In this document: in pieces, positions 1 to 9,528 of the stretch
How positions within the stretch are numbered: the stretch's first letter is position 1
Layout: every line of letters starts with the position of its first letter
DNA from: an uncultured Nitrososphaeraceae archaeon
Lineage (GTDB): Archaea; Thermoproteota; Nitrososphaeria; Nitrososphaerales; Nitrososphaeraceae
Assembly (NCBI GenBank): GCA_963779615.1
Contig: CAVZZA010000001.1
Location: forward strand, 192,001 to 256,000
DNA length: 64,000 nucleotides
Reading direction: 5' to 3'
Made by a program: the position numbers and the translations under genes
The notes under the pieces: model-generated
What the model saw: only the letters and a program-made list of their open reading frames with translations
The model's database searches: none
Told to the model about the DNA's origin: nothing

Positions 1-487
1 TCCTTAGGTCAAGCCAGGCAATGCCATACAGTGTGTCGGCGTTTGGGCTTACAACATCCTTGAAAGTAGCATTTACGAGATCACGTGCAAAGTGGATGTC
101 ATTTGCAGGACCGCTTCCAAGCACCCCCTTAGCTTGGGTATGGGGACTTGTGAAATAGTCAAAACTTCTTTGCATTGTTATGAGTCGGGTACCCCCAAAT
201 GTATGCAAGTGTGGCTACATCTTCCGGTTTGTCGGAAGCTGAAAGGTCTGCCATTTTTTTGTTCAGTTCACTACCGGTACTGGTTGAATTACTGGAAACG
301 GAGGACTGGTTGCTTGATTGAGTTGTTGTTGTCACATTCGATCTAAATGGTGCTTTCACATAAGATGGTTGTGCGAGTGCAAGTACATTGTTGACATTTA
401 ACGGTTTACAGAAGCAGCAGCGGTAACAGCGGACGATGTCAAAACAGCCATTAGGAGTAAAGATAGAGAAAGGTCTCTTAATTTCAT
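1..487 (-). pseudogene. DUF1254-family exported protein, 5' part, with two frameshifts; runs off the window start
   Basis: ATG at 487 gives a signal-peptide-like MKLRDLSLSLLLMAVLTSSAV. The next frame gives DVATLAYIWGYP. After a shift at ~186 it continues LITMQRSF...VVSPNADTLYGIAWLDLR, matching the DUF1254 AYxYGYP and PNxDTLY motifs. Confidence 0.75.
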
Positions 488-637
488 AGATACAAAAAGG
501 TCTGCCTGTATTCAAGATTTCAATCTATGGAGAATATAGACAAAGAGTTGAAAGGTCAATATTCAATCTCGATGGTATTACACATAGTCATCCTTGACAA
601 ACGTCAACTTGGCAGCACCCTTAATTGTCTTGCCTGC

Positions 638-907
638 CTACCCCTTTCCAAAAGTATGGCGTCGTAGTCGCCTATCCTTTTTTGTCAGCTCATTCCAGAT
701 CCCTTTCAAGTTTGGCTTTGTAGAGTTTAGCCTACCGATATCCCCTGCTGTCTCAATGAGGGTTTGGTCAAGATTCCCAAGTTCCCCTGCCTGCTCCATA
801 CTCTTGTGAATGCCCTTTTTGTTTGCAAGGTCCTCTAGATTTATGTGGCGATAGAGAGAACTCCAGCAAAAAGGCGCTCCATCGCCAATCTCATTCATAC
901 ATGGCAT
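638..907 (-). CDS. hypothetical protein or gene fragment
   Basis: 89-aa ORF co-oriented downstream of the HTH gene; no recognisable motif. Confidence 0.25.
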   Translation of the reverse strand: MPCMNEIGDGAPFCWSSLYRHINLEDLANKKGIHKSMEQAGELGNLDQTLIETAGDIGRLNSTKPNLKGIWNELTKKDRRLRRHTFGKG

Positions 908-971
908 GTTGGCTGGCGTATCTGAAGGAGGAGGTACCTCTATATCAACACCAGCAGGCCAACCTTTCTGC

Positions 972-1550
972 CTATCTTAAAGCATATGACAGTCTTCCCA
1001 CTTCCTTTTCAAGCTCAATCTTCTGCTCATGCAGACCCCAAATGTGGCTGTTGTACAGGTCCACCTTTTTCCTCAAGTCCGAAAGTAGGTGCTGTGCTTT
1101 AAGCAGTTCACCGATGTCCTGCCTGCTCAACCGCTCTTTCTTTGTGCGCCTGTAAAGATGCAGAAAGGGCGACAAGTCACCCCTTAACTCGTTATACAGG
1201 TCCACCAAACTCCCCATTTTCACCAGCCGCAGGTAGTCGCCAAAGTAATGGAGGACTTTTGGGGTATCAAGGTCAAGCTCAATTGCCACGTCTGCCAGAT
1301 CCCTTTTATCCCTGAACATCCTAAATGCCTGGGCATATGGCGAGAGTTTCTTTAGCCGCCTTTGCTTTTCGGCCTCCTCATCGACAGCGGCATCACCCGT
1401 CACCTTGCTTAGAATCTTGCCGATGGCTCTGAGGGATATATGCACCTGCTTGGCGATCTCCCGGGTTGTTTTTCCCTGATGGGCAAGCTCAATCACCAGC
1501 CTCTCCTTTTCCTCTCTGCTTAAAATCAATGCGGTATGTACATATGGCAA
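972..1550 (-). CDS. N-terminal HTH / coiled-coil hypothetical protein
   Basis: GKTTREIAKQVHISLRAIGKIL is HTH-like, a second HTH-like segment (DLADVAIELDL) follows, and the C-terminus is coiled-coil-like. Confidence 0.7.
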   Translation of the reverse strand: MPYVHTALILSREEKERLVIELAHQGKTTREIAKQVHISLRAIGKILSKVTGDAAVDEEAEKQRRLKKLSPYAQAFRMFRDKRDLADVAIELDLDTPKVLHYFGDYLRLVKMGSLVDLYNELRGDLSPFLHLYRRTKKERLSRQDIGELLKAQHLLSDLRKKVDLYNSHIWGLHEQKIELEKEVGRLSYALR

Positions 1551-1759
1551 ATTTTTTTAAATATGCAAAGGCTGATTCTGTTGATTCCCTGATTTTTTGT
1601 GTCGTAGCATGACGCTGTGGGGAAGTTAATCAACATATGACAAGCGCCACAATGACCAAACAAGTGATGTTTCAAGGCCACACAGGCACCTAGCAACCAA
1701 CAACATGAGCATTGTGTTAGATGCCCATTTCCAATAATTAAAGCCGGCAGGGTTAAGGT

Positions 1760-1995
1760 AGAACATTCAGAACAAGCCAGAACAATTAAGGGGTGTTCTT
1801 TAACAAGGCCCGATTTGGGCTTGTATTTAGGTCACTAAGGTTAGTTTAACCTTATTATTATACAGAACATATAGAACATGATATATTCATATATTATACA
1901 ATATCAAAAAAAACTATGACTCCCAAGCTCAGTCCTCAAAATATTAAAAAAGCAATGGGCATACGGGTACAGATGTTCTAGATGTTCCATGTTCT
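1760..1995. repeat. AGAACA/TGTTCT hexamer array (iteron-like)
   Basis: AGAACA at 1760, 1769, 1779, 1864, 1873; inverted TGTTCT at 1794, 1974, 1990; variant TGTTCC at 1983. Confidence 0.7.
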
Positions 1996-2035
1996 AGGTT
2001 AAGCCTTTAATACTTTTTGCCTCCCTACCTTAAGC

Positions 2036-2449
2036 ATGCCCCTTCTCTCCAAGTCAGAGATTCAGTTCCTTCGGGGCCAAAAGAAGGTTTCAAAGTCCTA
2101 TGGGTACAAGCTAAGGTCCGTCATCAGGAAAAAGGTGGCCAACCTGTTGGACAAGGAGATGCCACTTTTATCAACCCTTTTTCCCAACCTCAACCTTACT
2201 GAATACAGTAAGACGTACAATCACAACCACCTAAACAAAAATCTTACCAGAAACAGTAAGACCTTAACTAATAAAATATTTACAAAAAATCCATCCAAAC
2301 TAAATAAAAAATGTAACAATTCCATAAAAAACCAAGAAAAAATCAAAAGCAACAGCAGCAGCCAAATAATAGCCCGGCCCAGATTCGAACTGGGGTCAAA
2401 GGCTCCAAAGGCCTCTATGCTTGTCCGCTACACTCGGCATTTAATTTAA
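2036..2449 (+). CDS. basic protein reading antisense into tRNA-Gln; possible N-terminal fragment of a split (SSV-type) integrase
   Basis: 137-aa ORF whose end (IARPRFELGSKAPKAS) is the antisense translation of the tRNA 3' half; TATA-like TTTAATA at ~2006. Confidence 0.5.
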   Translation: MPLLSKSEIQFLRGQKKVSKSYGYKLRSVIRKKVANLLDKEMPLLSTLFPNLNLTEYSKTYNHNHLNKNLTRNSKTLTNKIFTKNPSKLNKKCNNSIKNQEKIKSNSSSQIIARPRFELGSKAPKASMLVRYTRHLI

Positions 2450-2478
2450 CTTAACTTAACTTAACATCCTACCGGGCT
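2370..2478 (-). tRNA. tRNA-Gln(UUG) with a 36-nt non-canonical intron at 10/11 (2433-2468)
   Basis: Spliced sequence AGCCCGGTAG|TGTAGCGGACAAGCATAGAGGCC-TTTG-GAGCCTTTGACCCCAGTTCGAATCTGGGCCGGGCTA folds as a cloverleaf. BHB motif: CGGU/GCCG helix with bulges AG|G and AG|U. Confidence 0.92.
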
Positions 2479-2518
2479 TTCCGGGCAGTCTATTATAAAA
2501 TTTACCTACATTATAATT

Positions 2519-3676
2519 TTACGCATCAGAGGTGGTGGTGGTATTGGTGGCAGCAGCAGCAGCGGTGGCATATATGTAGGACACCAGTTTATCAACAGGG
2601 TCCTCCATCTCGCTCAACATCCTCCTGGCTTTTTTCTCCAGCAATGCACACTGCTCTTTATCATTCAAAAACAAATTTACAAGGGACACAAGGCGAGAGG
2701 CAGTGAAGGCCCTCTTTATCAACCCTGTTTTTTTCAGGTAATCATCTATGTAAAAGTGAACAGGGGCAATAGAGATTGTGGGCCTGCCCAAAAGCGCAGA
2801 CTCTGCGGTCATGGTACCCCCCGCACCAATAAAAATGTCAATGTTTTTCAACATGTCTATACCGTCAACTACGTCTGTCAGCACTGTTGCTTTGTTTTTA
2901 TAGCGTCCCGATATCTCACTTATCTGATCGGAATACCTGCAAAGAATAATGATGTTGCATTTTTCACTGAAATGTTTGACTACAAAATCCACTAAAGCTA
3001 TTGGTTGGGTAACCAATTTTTTATTGGCGATATAGGCAGCCTTTGATTCCTCCAGCCTTATTAAGATGGATTTCTTTGATCTATCTGTTTTTAGTTTTTC
3101 AAGAATACCGGTGTTTTTACCACCATCGTCACATTGGGTGAAATTACTGGAAGTAGCGCCAAGACCAGTGCTGTCACGTGGAAGCAACCAGGCAACAGGG
3201 TCCAATCCACCATACCTAATGATCTGTTTTGGCGAAATGCCATATTTTGTCCACGAGGTCAAGGGGATTATGGATGGTGTAAACAATTTGGTTAAAAGGG
3301 GTACGGACAGCCTTGCAACTGCCTCCGCATGCGGGGAGTCATTGAATCCAAGATGATCAACACCCAATCCAAAAGAAACCCTAGAGGCCTCAGGGGATGA
3401 AAAACTAACTGCCAAGTCTGGGGAAAACCTGTGGATTGTTTTTGATAGTTCCATGACTCTAGCCGTGCTTTCATAAAGCTTGTTGTAAAGGTCGGCTCCA
3501 CCATGACTACCCACAATCAAAAGATCTAACCCCTTTATTTTGGCTAACTCATTAGCCTCCCTGTATTGTCTTGAAGTGCACAAAACCTCATTGTTTTTTT
3601 GTTTTCTCAAAATGTCAATTGCAGGTTTAAAAAACATAATTTGCTTAGGAGTCAGAATATCAAACCAGATCCTCAA
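2519..3676 (-). CDS. DUF354 family putative glycosyltransferase
   Basis: MRIWFDILTPKQ start, VGSHGG, DSPHA and FIGAGGTMTAESALLG motifs. Confidence 0.85.
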   Translation of the reverse strand: MRIWFDILTPKQIMFFKPAIDILRKQKNNEVLCTSRQYREANELAKIKGLDLLIVGSHGGADLYNKLYESTARVMELSKTIHRFSPDLAVSFSSPEASRVSFGLGVDHLGFNDSPHAEAVARLSVPLLTKLFTPSIIPLTSWTKYGISPKQIIRYGGLDPVAWLLPRDSTGLGATSSNFTQCDDGGKNTGILEKLKTDRSKKSILIRLEESKAAYIANKKLVTQPIALVDFVVKHFSEKCNIIILCRYSDQISEISGRYKNKATVLTDVVDGIDMLKNIDIFIGAGGTMTAESALLGRPTISIAPVHFYIDDYLKKTGLIKRAFTASRLVSLVNLFLNDKEQCALLEKKARRMLSEMEDPVDKLVSYIYATAAAAATNTTTTSDA

Positions 3677-3913
3677 AACAAGTAGAATAATTAATCAACG
3701 TTAAAAAATTCTTTCGCCTCATTTGGCGCACAACGAAATTGCAAAAAAAACCAATAGCCAAAAACTAAATAAAGAAATAAAAATCTTAAGATATTGGTGG
3801 GGTAAAGGATTTCAGAAAAAACGGCAGCAGGGGCAGCAGCATCTAACAGGGTAAACAATAACCCAAAAAACCAAAACAGAACAGGCGACAAGTGGATAGA
3901 GAAAACAAGTAGG

Positions 3914-5122
3914 GTGGTGGAGGAGGATAGAGAAAAAGTGGTATCAGGTGCAGATGCAAATCAAAATAAGGATATTGTCATCTACGGGCTAAGCACTGAA
4001 GGATATGAAATAGCAAAAAAAATACTGCAAAACCAATCAAAAGTAGTGATAATTGATGAAAATTCAAGGCTAGGGATTTTGCTGACCCCCAAAATAGTAA
4101 AAGACTACCCAAACATTGCTTTTTTAATGGAGGAGGAGCTGCTATTGAATTTGGAGCCTTTTGATAAATCCATAAGCAATGCTCCGATCATTTTTTTTGT
4201 CCCCAGAATCAGGAAAACAAATTACGAGGTGAAAAATGACATAATTTCAAAGTTTAAGGAAATCATATCCTACCTAAAAAAAAACACGTCAATTGTGTTT
4301 AACATTCCATTGGGGGTGGGCGGAAATACCGAAATAATATCACTAATAGAGCATTTATCTGGGTTCACTGTAGGAGCCGATGTCTTTTATTACTATAATC
4401 CCATAGACAAAACCAAAACAAACGAGGTAATTGTAGGATCGCATCAGCAAATGAATGACGCCTACTTCAATAGCACCATAAATCTAATGTACAGGTATGA
4501 CAAACAAGAATTGAGGGCAGTAAGCATCCCATCTTCAGAGTTACTATATACAATAAACGTGGTAAACAGATATTCAGACATGGCTTCCATCATCGAAATC
4601 ACAAAACTCAATAGGCTAAAAGAGATAAGAACGGAGTTATCTCAAAACAACATAAACGCAATCTACTTTGACGAAATAGTAAACGGTTTGTTTGATTTAA
4701 GGATTCTAAGCATATCATTAACAAGTTCATCGCCTTTGGGGTACATAGTAAACGGCACAATAAGGTCAATAGAGGGCTTTATAAAAAGTCTTGTGGAGGA
4801 GGTAAGAAGTCAATTAAAGGAGAGGGAAATAAAAGCTAGCAGAGCAAAGGTTACCATATTCTGGACTATTGACAACAACGAATTGAGGGGAGACAAAGCC
4901 ATAATTAGGGAATCGCTAAAAATAAAACTAAGGGACTACATTGCAGAAGTAGAAATACAGGATGCAGAAACTTTTTTACCAAACACAATAACAAACATAA
5001 TAATCGCCTGCTCAAGCGAAGACTATAGAAAAGTTGTATCAAAAATAGACAAGAATCACCACCGCAACTCCAAATCAATAGTGGTTTCGGCAAACACTTT
5101 CTTCAACACAATAGAAATTTAA
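3914..5122 (+). CDS. divergent UDP-sugar 6-dehydrogenase-like protein
   Basis: Rossmann-like IVIYGLSTEGY, PLGVGGN...IEHLSGFTVGADVFYYYNP segment and ~400-aa length resemble the WecC/WbpA family; catalytic motif not found. Confidence 0.55.
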   Translation: MVEEDREKVVSGADANQNKDIVIYGLSTEGYEIAKKILQNQSKVVIIDENSRLGILLTPKIVKDYPNIAFLMEEELLLNLEPFDKSISNAPIIFFVPRIRKTNYEVKNDIISKFKEIISYLKKNTSIVFNIPLGVGGNTEIISLIEHLSGFTVGADVFYYYNPIDKTKTNEVIVGSHQQMNDAYFNSTINLMYRYDKQELRAVSIPSSELLYTINVVNRYSDMASIIEITKLNRLKEIRTELSQNNINAIYFDEIVNGLFDLRILSISLTSSSPLGYIVNGTIRSIEGFIKSLVEEVRSQLKEREIKASRAKVTIFWTIDNNELRGDKAIIRESLKIKLRDYIAEVEIQDAETFLPNTITNIIIACSSEDYRKVVSKIDKNHHRNSKSIVVSANTFFNTIEI

Positions 5123-5272
5123 CCAAAAATGCGTCCTGGAAATACAAGTGGAAAAATAAATGCAAGGAAAACAGAAATTAGCTGCTATTGTGTTTCCTCC
5201 CTCCCTCCCTCCCTCTCTCTGCATGCAATATGGACGCAGAACAGCAACAGCAACAACAAGGAAAACAAGGAG

Positions 5273-5764
5273 TTAAGAGTTCCAGTTATCTTTTTTAATA
5301 TCGTATTCTTCTCTTGAGTACTTTACTCGCGCAGGGTGTCCCATAACCACCATATTTGGAGGAACGTCTTTGGTAACCACAGAAGCCATGGCAATGACAC
5401 TGTTTTTACCAACTTTCACCCCGGGTTTGAACACAGATCGTCCTCCAATTATTGCACCATCTTCAACAATCACCCCAGTCATTTTTTTACTCATAGGGTA
5501 GGGGTCATTTGTAAATGTTGCACCGGGCCCAATAAAAACATCGTTTCCAATCTCAGTCAGTGGTGGAATGTACACCAATCCTTCAATTCTGCAGTTATTT
5601 CCAATTTTAACGCCATAATCAACATGAGTCAGGGAACCAATCATGACATTGTTTCCTATAGACGTATTTTCACCAACATATGAAAAATGCCATATTTTGA
5701 CGTTTTCCCCTATTTTTGCGCTAGGAGAGACAAAATTAATCACAGGTTTCGCATGGTTTTCCAA
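5273..5764 (-). CDS. hexapeptide-repeat N-acetyltransferase (WbpD/WlbB-like)
   Basis: IGENVKIWHF, VFIGPGATFTNDPYP and VVTKDVPPNMVVMGHPAR. Confidence 0.88.
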   Translation of the reverse strand: MENHAKPVINFVSPSAKIGENVKIWHFSYVGENTSIGNNVMIGSLTHVDYGVKIGNNCRIEGLVYIPPLTEIGNDVFIGPGATFTNDPYPMSKKMTGVIVEDGAIIGGRSVFKPGVKVGKNSVIAMASVVTKDVPPNMVVMGHPARVKYSREEYDIKKDNWNS

Positions 5765-6449
5765 TAGTTGTTATCACTGGAATTACCAATATAAAAATCG
5801 ATACATTAAACGATATTAATTGTTGATTTGGGGGCAGGCGGATATACAAGTGGTGTGGAAGAATTGCAAACGCCACCGAAAGTTATTTTGACAATCCTTA
5901 AAGAATACAACTTTTGGTTATTTGGTAATGCAATCTCATATCATCTCACAGCAATTCAACCGCATCTTTTGTGGTTTATGCGTCCCCTGGCAGATAACAA
6001 GGCGAATTTTGGAACTCTCCCAACTATACGCACAACCCAACGTATCAGCACAATACAACGCAATAAATAATATGTTTTTTTTTTGCGAACTGCAACATTA
6101 TGCCGACGACGATCAAACACCTTGCAGGATATATATTCACACAAAAAAACTGCATTTTCACAACTATTCCATCCTTCCTCCACCGCCACCACACAATCAC
6201 CACTATTAGAAACAGAATCACAAATACTGTTTGTTTGCATCATTTATTCAAATGGCATGTCTTTATGCCTTTTTTCCATCCATTCACTCATCATCACCGT
6301 CAGGATAATCAGTCTGGTGTGCTTTGCTTTGCTTTGCTTTGTGTTGGTTAACTTTGGAGGCTAGCCTACTAATTTCAACGCATTCTTATTTAAAAGAACA
6401 CATATAAAAAATGCGCACCGTTGACGACCTGCAACACTGTTGATTTGGA

Positions 6450-7409
6450 TCAATATGTAAGATAAACCGGTGCTCCGGTATTGCTAGAGATAAGGGCTGC
6501 CTCTGCGATTTTTGTTACTGCTGTAGCATCTTCTGGGCTTACCAAAAATTTTGTTTTTTTACCCGACACAGCCTGGAGAAAGTTTTCCAGCTCCAAAGTT
6601 AATGGCTCCATAAATTGCCTCCGTGGGATAACTGTTTTAGTCTCGTCATCTATTTTTATTTCCTGGGTTATGAAATCTCCAGTAATGATGCCTTCCGAGC
6701 ATACTGCACTGAATCTCCGAACTTTTTTTGGAGTAATCCAGTTGGAGGCAATGATTGCTACTTTTTGATCGTGAAATCCTAACATGATAGTGGCAAAATC
6801 CTCAGAAGAATGGAACCTTTTTCCCGAGCGAGCAAAAACAACTGTGGGTTTAGAATCAAAAATAAACAACGCAGTGTCTATATCATGTACGGAGGTATCA
6901 TAGATTATCCCCACGTCTTTTATGTGCAAAGGCATTCTGTTTTCACGGTGAAACTCCATCATTAACAGCTCTCCACAGGTATTTTCTTCAATGATTTTTT
7001 TGAGGTCCTGAATTGCGGGATTAAACCTTTCAATATAACCGGAAGTCAATACCACTCCATAATGCTTTGATGATTTAGTTAATTCTTCACACTCAACAGA
7101 CGAAAACGACAAGGGTTTTTCAACAAAGACATTTATTTTGCGTTTTATGATTTCAAGTGCAATTGAAAAATGGGTTTTGGTAGGGGTGCACACGATACAG
7201 GCATCAAGGTCAGGCTCTTTTTCAAACAATTCCCTCAAATTCAGGTAGGAATTTATTTTATGTTTTTTTGAAACAGATAGGGCCCTATTTTCATCTGAAT
7301 CGCATATTGCGCGCAATACACCCAAATCGCTTAACACGCGTACATGATTTTTTCCCCAACCTCCGGTCCCAATTACGGCAATTTTTAAATTATGCTCACT
7401 CATTTGCAA
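6450..7409 (-). CDS. Gfo/Idh/MocA oxidoreductase (WbpB/WlbA-like)
   Basis: GTGGWGKNH, VFVEKP, GYIERFNPA and DTSVHDID. Confidence 0.9.
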   Translation of the reverse strand: MQMSEHNLKIAVIGTGGWGKNHVRVLSDLGVLRAICDSDENRALSVSKKHKINSYLNLRELFEKEPDLDACIVCTPTKTHFSIALEIIKRKINVFVEKPLSFSSVECEELTKSSKHYGVVLTSGYIERFNPAIQDLKKIIEENTCGELLMMEFHRENRMPLHIKDVGIIYDTSVHDIDTALFIFDSKPTVVFARSGKRFHSSEDFATIMLGFHDQKVAIIASNWITPKKVRRFSAVCSEGIITGDFITQEIKIDDETKTVIPRRQFMEPLTLELENFLQAVSGKKTKFLVSPEDATAVTKIAEAALISSNTGAPVYLTY

Positions 7410-7468
7410 TTCATTCAGGATGACAAATACAGGATACTATAAAACAAAAGCGGCAAGTATAACAGCAG

Positions 7469-8386
7469 TTACCATACAGGAGTAAGCCATTCCTGGAATT
7501 GGCTGATTTCGGATGTTACCAATTTTTCATAAAAGTCAGAGATCTGCTTTGTGATTGTACCGACTAAACCGTTACCAATAACTTGGTTATCAACGCTTAT
7601 GATGGATGTTATTTCCGCTGCTGTCCCCGTTACGAATATTTCATCTGCGGCATACAACTCTGCACGGCTGATGGAACGTTCACTGACATCATAACCAAGG
7701 TTATTTGCAATTTCAATGGCCGTGTCTCTAGTGATTCCTTCAAGAACCGAGTCTGAGAGAGGTGGGGTACATATTTTATTTTTTCGTATGACAAAAATAT
7801 TTTCCCCCGGCGCTTCACTGACATTTCCGACATAATCCAGCATGATAGACTCATCATATCCATTTCGTTTGCATTCTTGGGTAGCCAATACAGAATTCAT
7901 ATAGTTACCTCCAGCCTTTGCCATTGGTGGGGTAGAGTTTCCGTTAATGCGTCTCCAAGAAGATATGCAAGTTCTTATCCCGCTTTCAGGAAAGTAACGG
8001 CTAAAGGGAAATGAGATTATGGCAAGATGGGAAGGAGAGTTTTTGGTAACATTTAGATCAATTCCATGGAGTCCAACAAAAAGTAAAGGTCTTATATAGC
8101 AAGATTGTTTAGTATTATTTTTTCTTAACAATTCAATAACATAATTGCATATTTCATCTGCGGGATATTTTGAATCAATAGAATACATTTCTGCAGACTG
8201 GATTAATCTTTGTACATGTTCTCTGAGTTTAAATATGTACAGATTCTTTTCATTTGAATAACCCCTTATGCCTTCAAAAACAGATGTTCCGTAATGCAAT
8301 GCATGAGTTGTGATAGGCACATTGACTGATTCCCAAGGTTTTAATTCGCCGTCAAACCAGATAAAATCAGCGTTTTTATTTTTCAT
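7469..8386 (-). CDS. ilvE: branched-chain amino acid aminotransferase
   Basis: HALHYGTSVFEGIR, AKAGGNY, EAPGENIF, LEGITR and GTAAEI. Confidence 0.95.
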   Translation of the reverse strand: MKNKNADFIWFDGELKPWESVNVPITTHALHYGTSVFEGIRGYSNEKNLYIFKLREHVQRLIQSAEMYSIDSKYPADEICNYVIELLRKNNTKQSCYIRPLLFVGLHGIDLNVTKNSPSHLAIISFPFSRYFPESGIRTCISSWRRINGNSTPPMAKAGGNYMNSVLATQECKRNGYDESIMLDYVGNVSEAPGENIFVIRKNKICTPPLSDSVLEGITRDTAIEIANNLGYDVSERSISRAELYAADEIFVTGTAAEITSIISVDNQVIGNGLVGTITKQISDFYEKLVTSEISQFQEWLTPVW

Positions 8387-8437
8387 AGATTTGCAAGTTT
8401 TTCACGAATATAAAAGTGTTAAATTCTTTGCCATTTT

Positions 8438-9094
8438 TTAGATAAAACCATCTTTTGGAAATTTCATTCCGCATACACGTATGGTATTATCTCCAGAATT
8501 TGAGAAATGTTCAACAATGTCCCAATTTTTTCTGATTATTTCGCCAACTTTTGGCGAAACAAAATTACGCCATTCTGAATCCAAATAGTTGGACCCGGAA
8601 AGCGTTTTGCAAGATAATGCAGACCGGTACAACAGGTTTTTTACATCGGTAGAAGAGATTACCTGTCTGTTGGCTTGTACGGGATTGAAGCCAAAAATTT
8701 TCAATAGCACCCTTTCGGCCCTATCACCTGTATAGGTAATAAAGTTAGATCCCGGCAAGTTCAAAATGATATTTTTTCGTAGTTTTTGAAATGGCGTGGA
8801 AAGAAAAAGGGGAAAATATCTGATGTAAGGTGAAACAAAGGCATAACTATCCAATACACCAATATTTTCATTATAATCAAATGATTCAAGAATCATTTGT
8901 TTTCGAGTTTCAAAAGAAAAAGGAAAGCTCCTGGTTGTGACTTCCTCTTTATTTTTTAAAAATCGTACTGGAAAAACATAAACTTTATAATCATTCAATA
9001 GATTTTGTATTATTTTCTCATGTGAAAGCGTTAATGGATTCAGATGAGCTAAAAATATTGCAATTGTACTTTTTTTACTTTTACTTTTTCCCAT
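8438..9094 (-). CDS. cytidylyltransferase-like (HIGH-type) nucleotidyltransferase
   Basis: IFLAHLNPLTLSH aligns with GxFxPxHxGH; PFSFETRKQMI and ISSTDVK. Confidence 0.65.
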   Translation of the reverse strand: MGKSKSKKSTIAIFLAHLNPLTLSHEKIIQNLLNDYKVYVFPVRFLKNKEEVTTRSFPFSFETRKQMILESFDYNENIGVLDSYAFVSPYIRYFPLFLSTPFQKLRKNIILNLPGSNFITYTGDRAERVLLKIFGFNPVQANRQVISSTDVKNLLYRSALSCKTLSGSNYLDSEWRNFVSPKVGEIIRKNWDIVEHFSNSGDNTIRVCGMKFPKDGFI

Positions 9095-9129
9095 AATACA
9101 AAATGTGTGATATTAAAAACTTTTGGGTT

Positions 9130-9456
9130 TTAGGTATGTCTTTTAACTTGTATTTCTATTGTCGAGACATTTCGTGTTCTGCCATCTTCTGCCTGAACTG
9201 TTTCTGATCCAATTATGATATCACCGATTGAATAACCCGCATTTTCCATTCTTTTCAATATTATTTGAGATACATCAACAGCCCGTCCAATGCTTAGACC
9301 CCTTGCTTTAATAGTTACAGAAGGTTGATTTGCTAATTGAATCAGTGTTGAAGTCACATATGCCATCAGGGGTTTCTTTCCGATATATATCGAGTCTCTT
9401 GTAGTGTTGTTTTCCTTATTTTGTTCATTAGGTTGTGATTGTACTTCTGACATCAA
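9130..9456 (-). CDS. albA: chromatin protein Alba
   Basis: IYIGKKPLMAYV, IKARGLSIGRAVDV and RNVSTIEI. Confidence 0.95.
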   Translation of the reverse strand: MMSEVQSQPNEQNKENNTTRDSIYIGKKPLMAYVTSTLIQLANQPSVTIKARGLSIGRAVDVSQIILKRMENAGYSIGDIIIGSETVQAEDGRTRNVSTIEIQVKRHT

Positions 9457-9528
9457 TACAACTAATTTGACAAGGTAATTTAAATCTAAGATTTTTAAGT
9501 TTTTTTGTTATTACCACACATAAACAGA

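Noticed and set aside
7469-8386. IlvE as the missing sugar aminotransferase of the Wbp-like cluster
   Set aside because: It is a fold-type IV enzyme with canonical BCAT motifs, whereas sugar aminotransferases are fold-type I (DegT); adjacency alone is not evidence.
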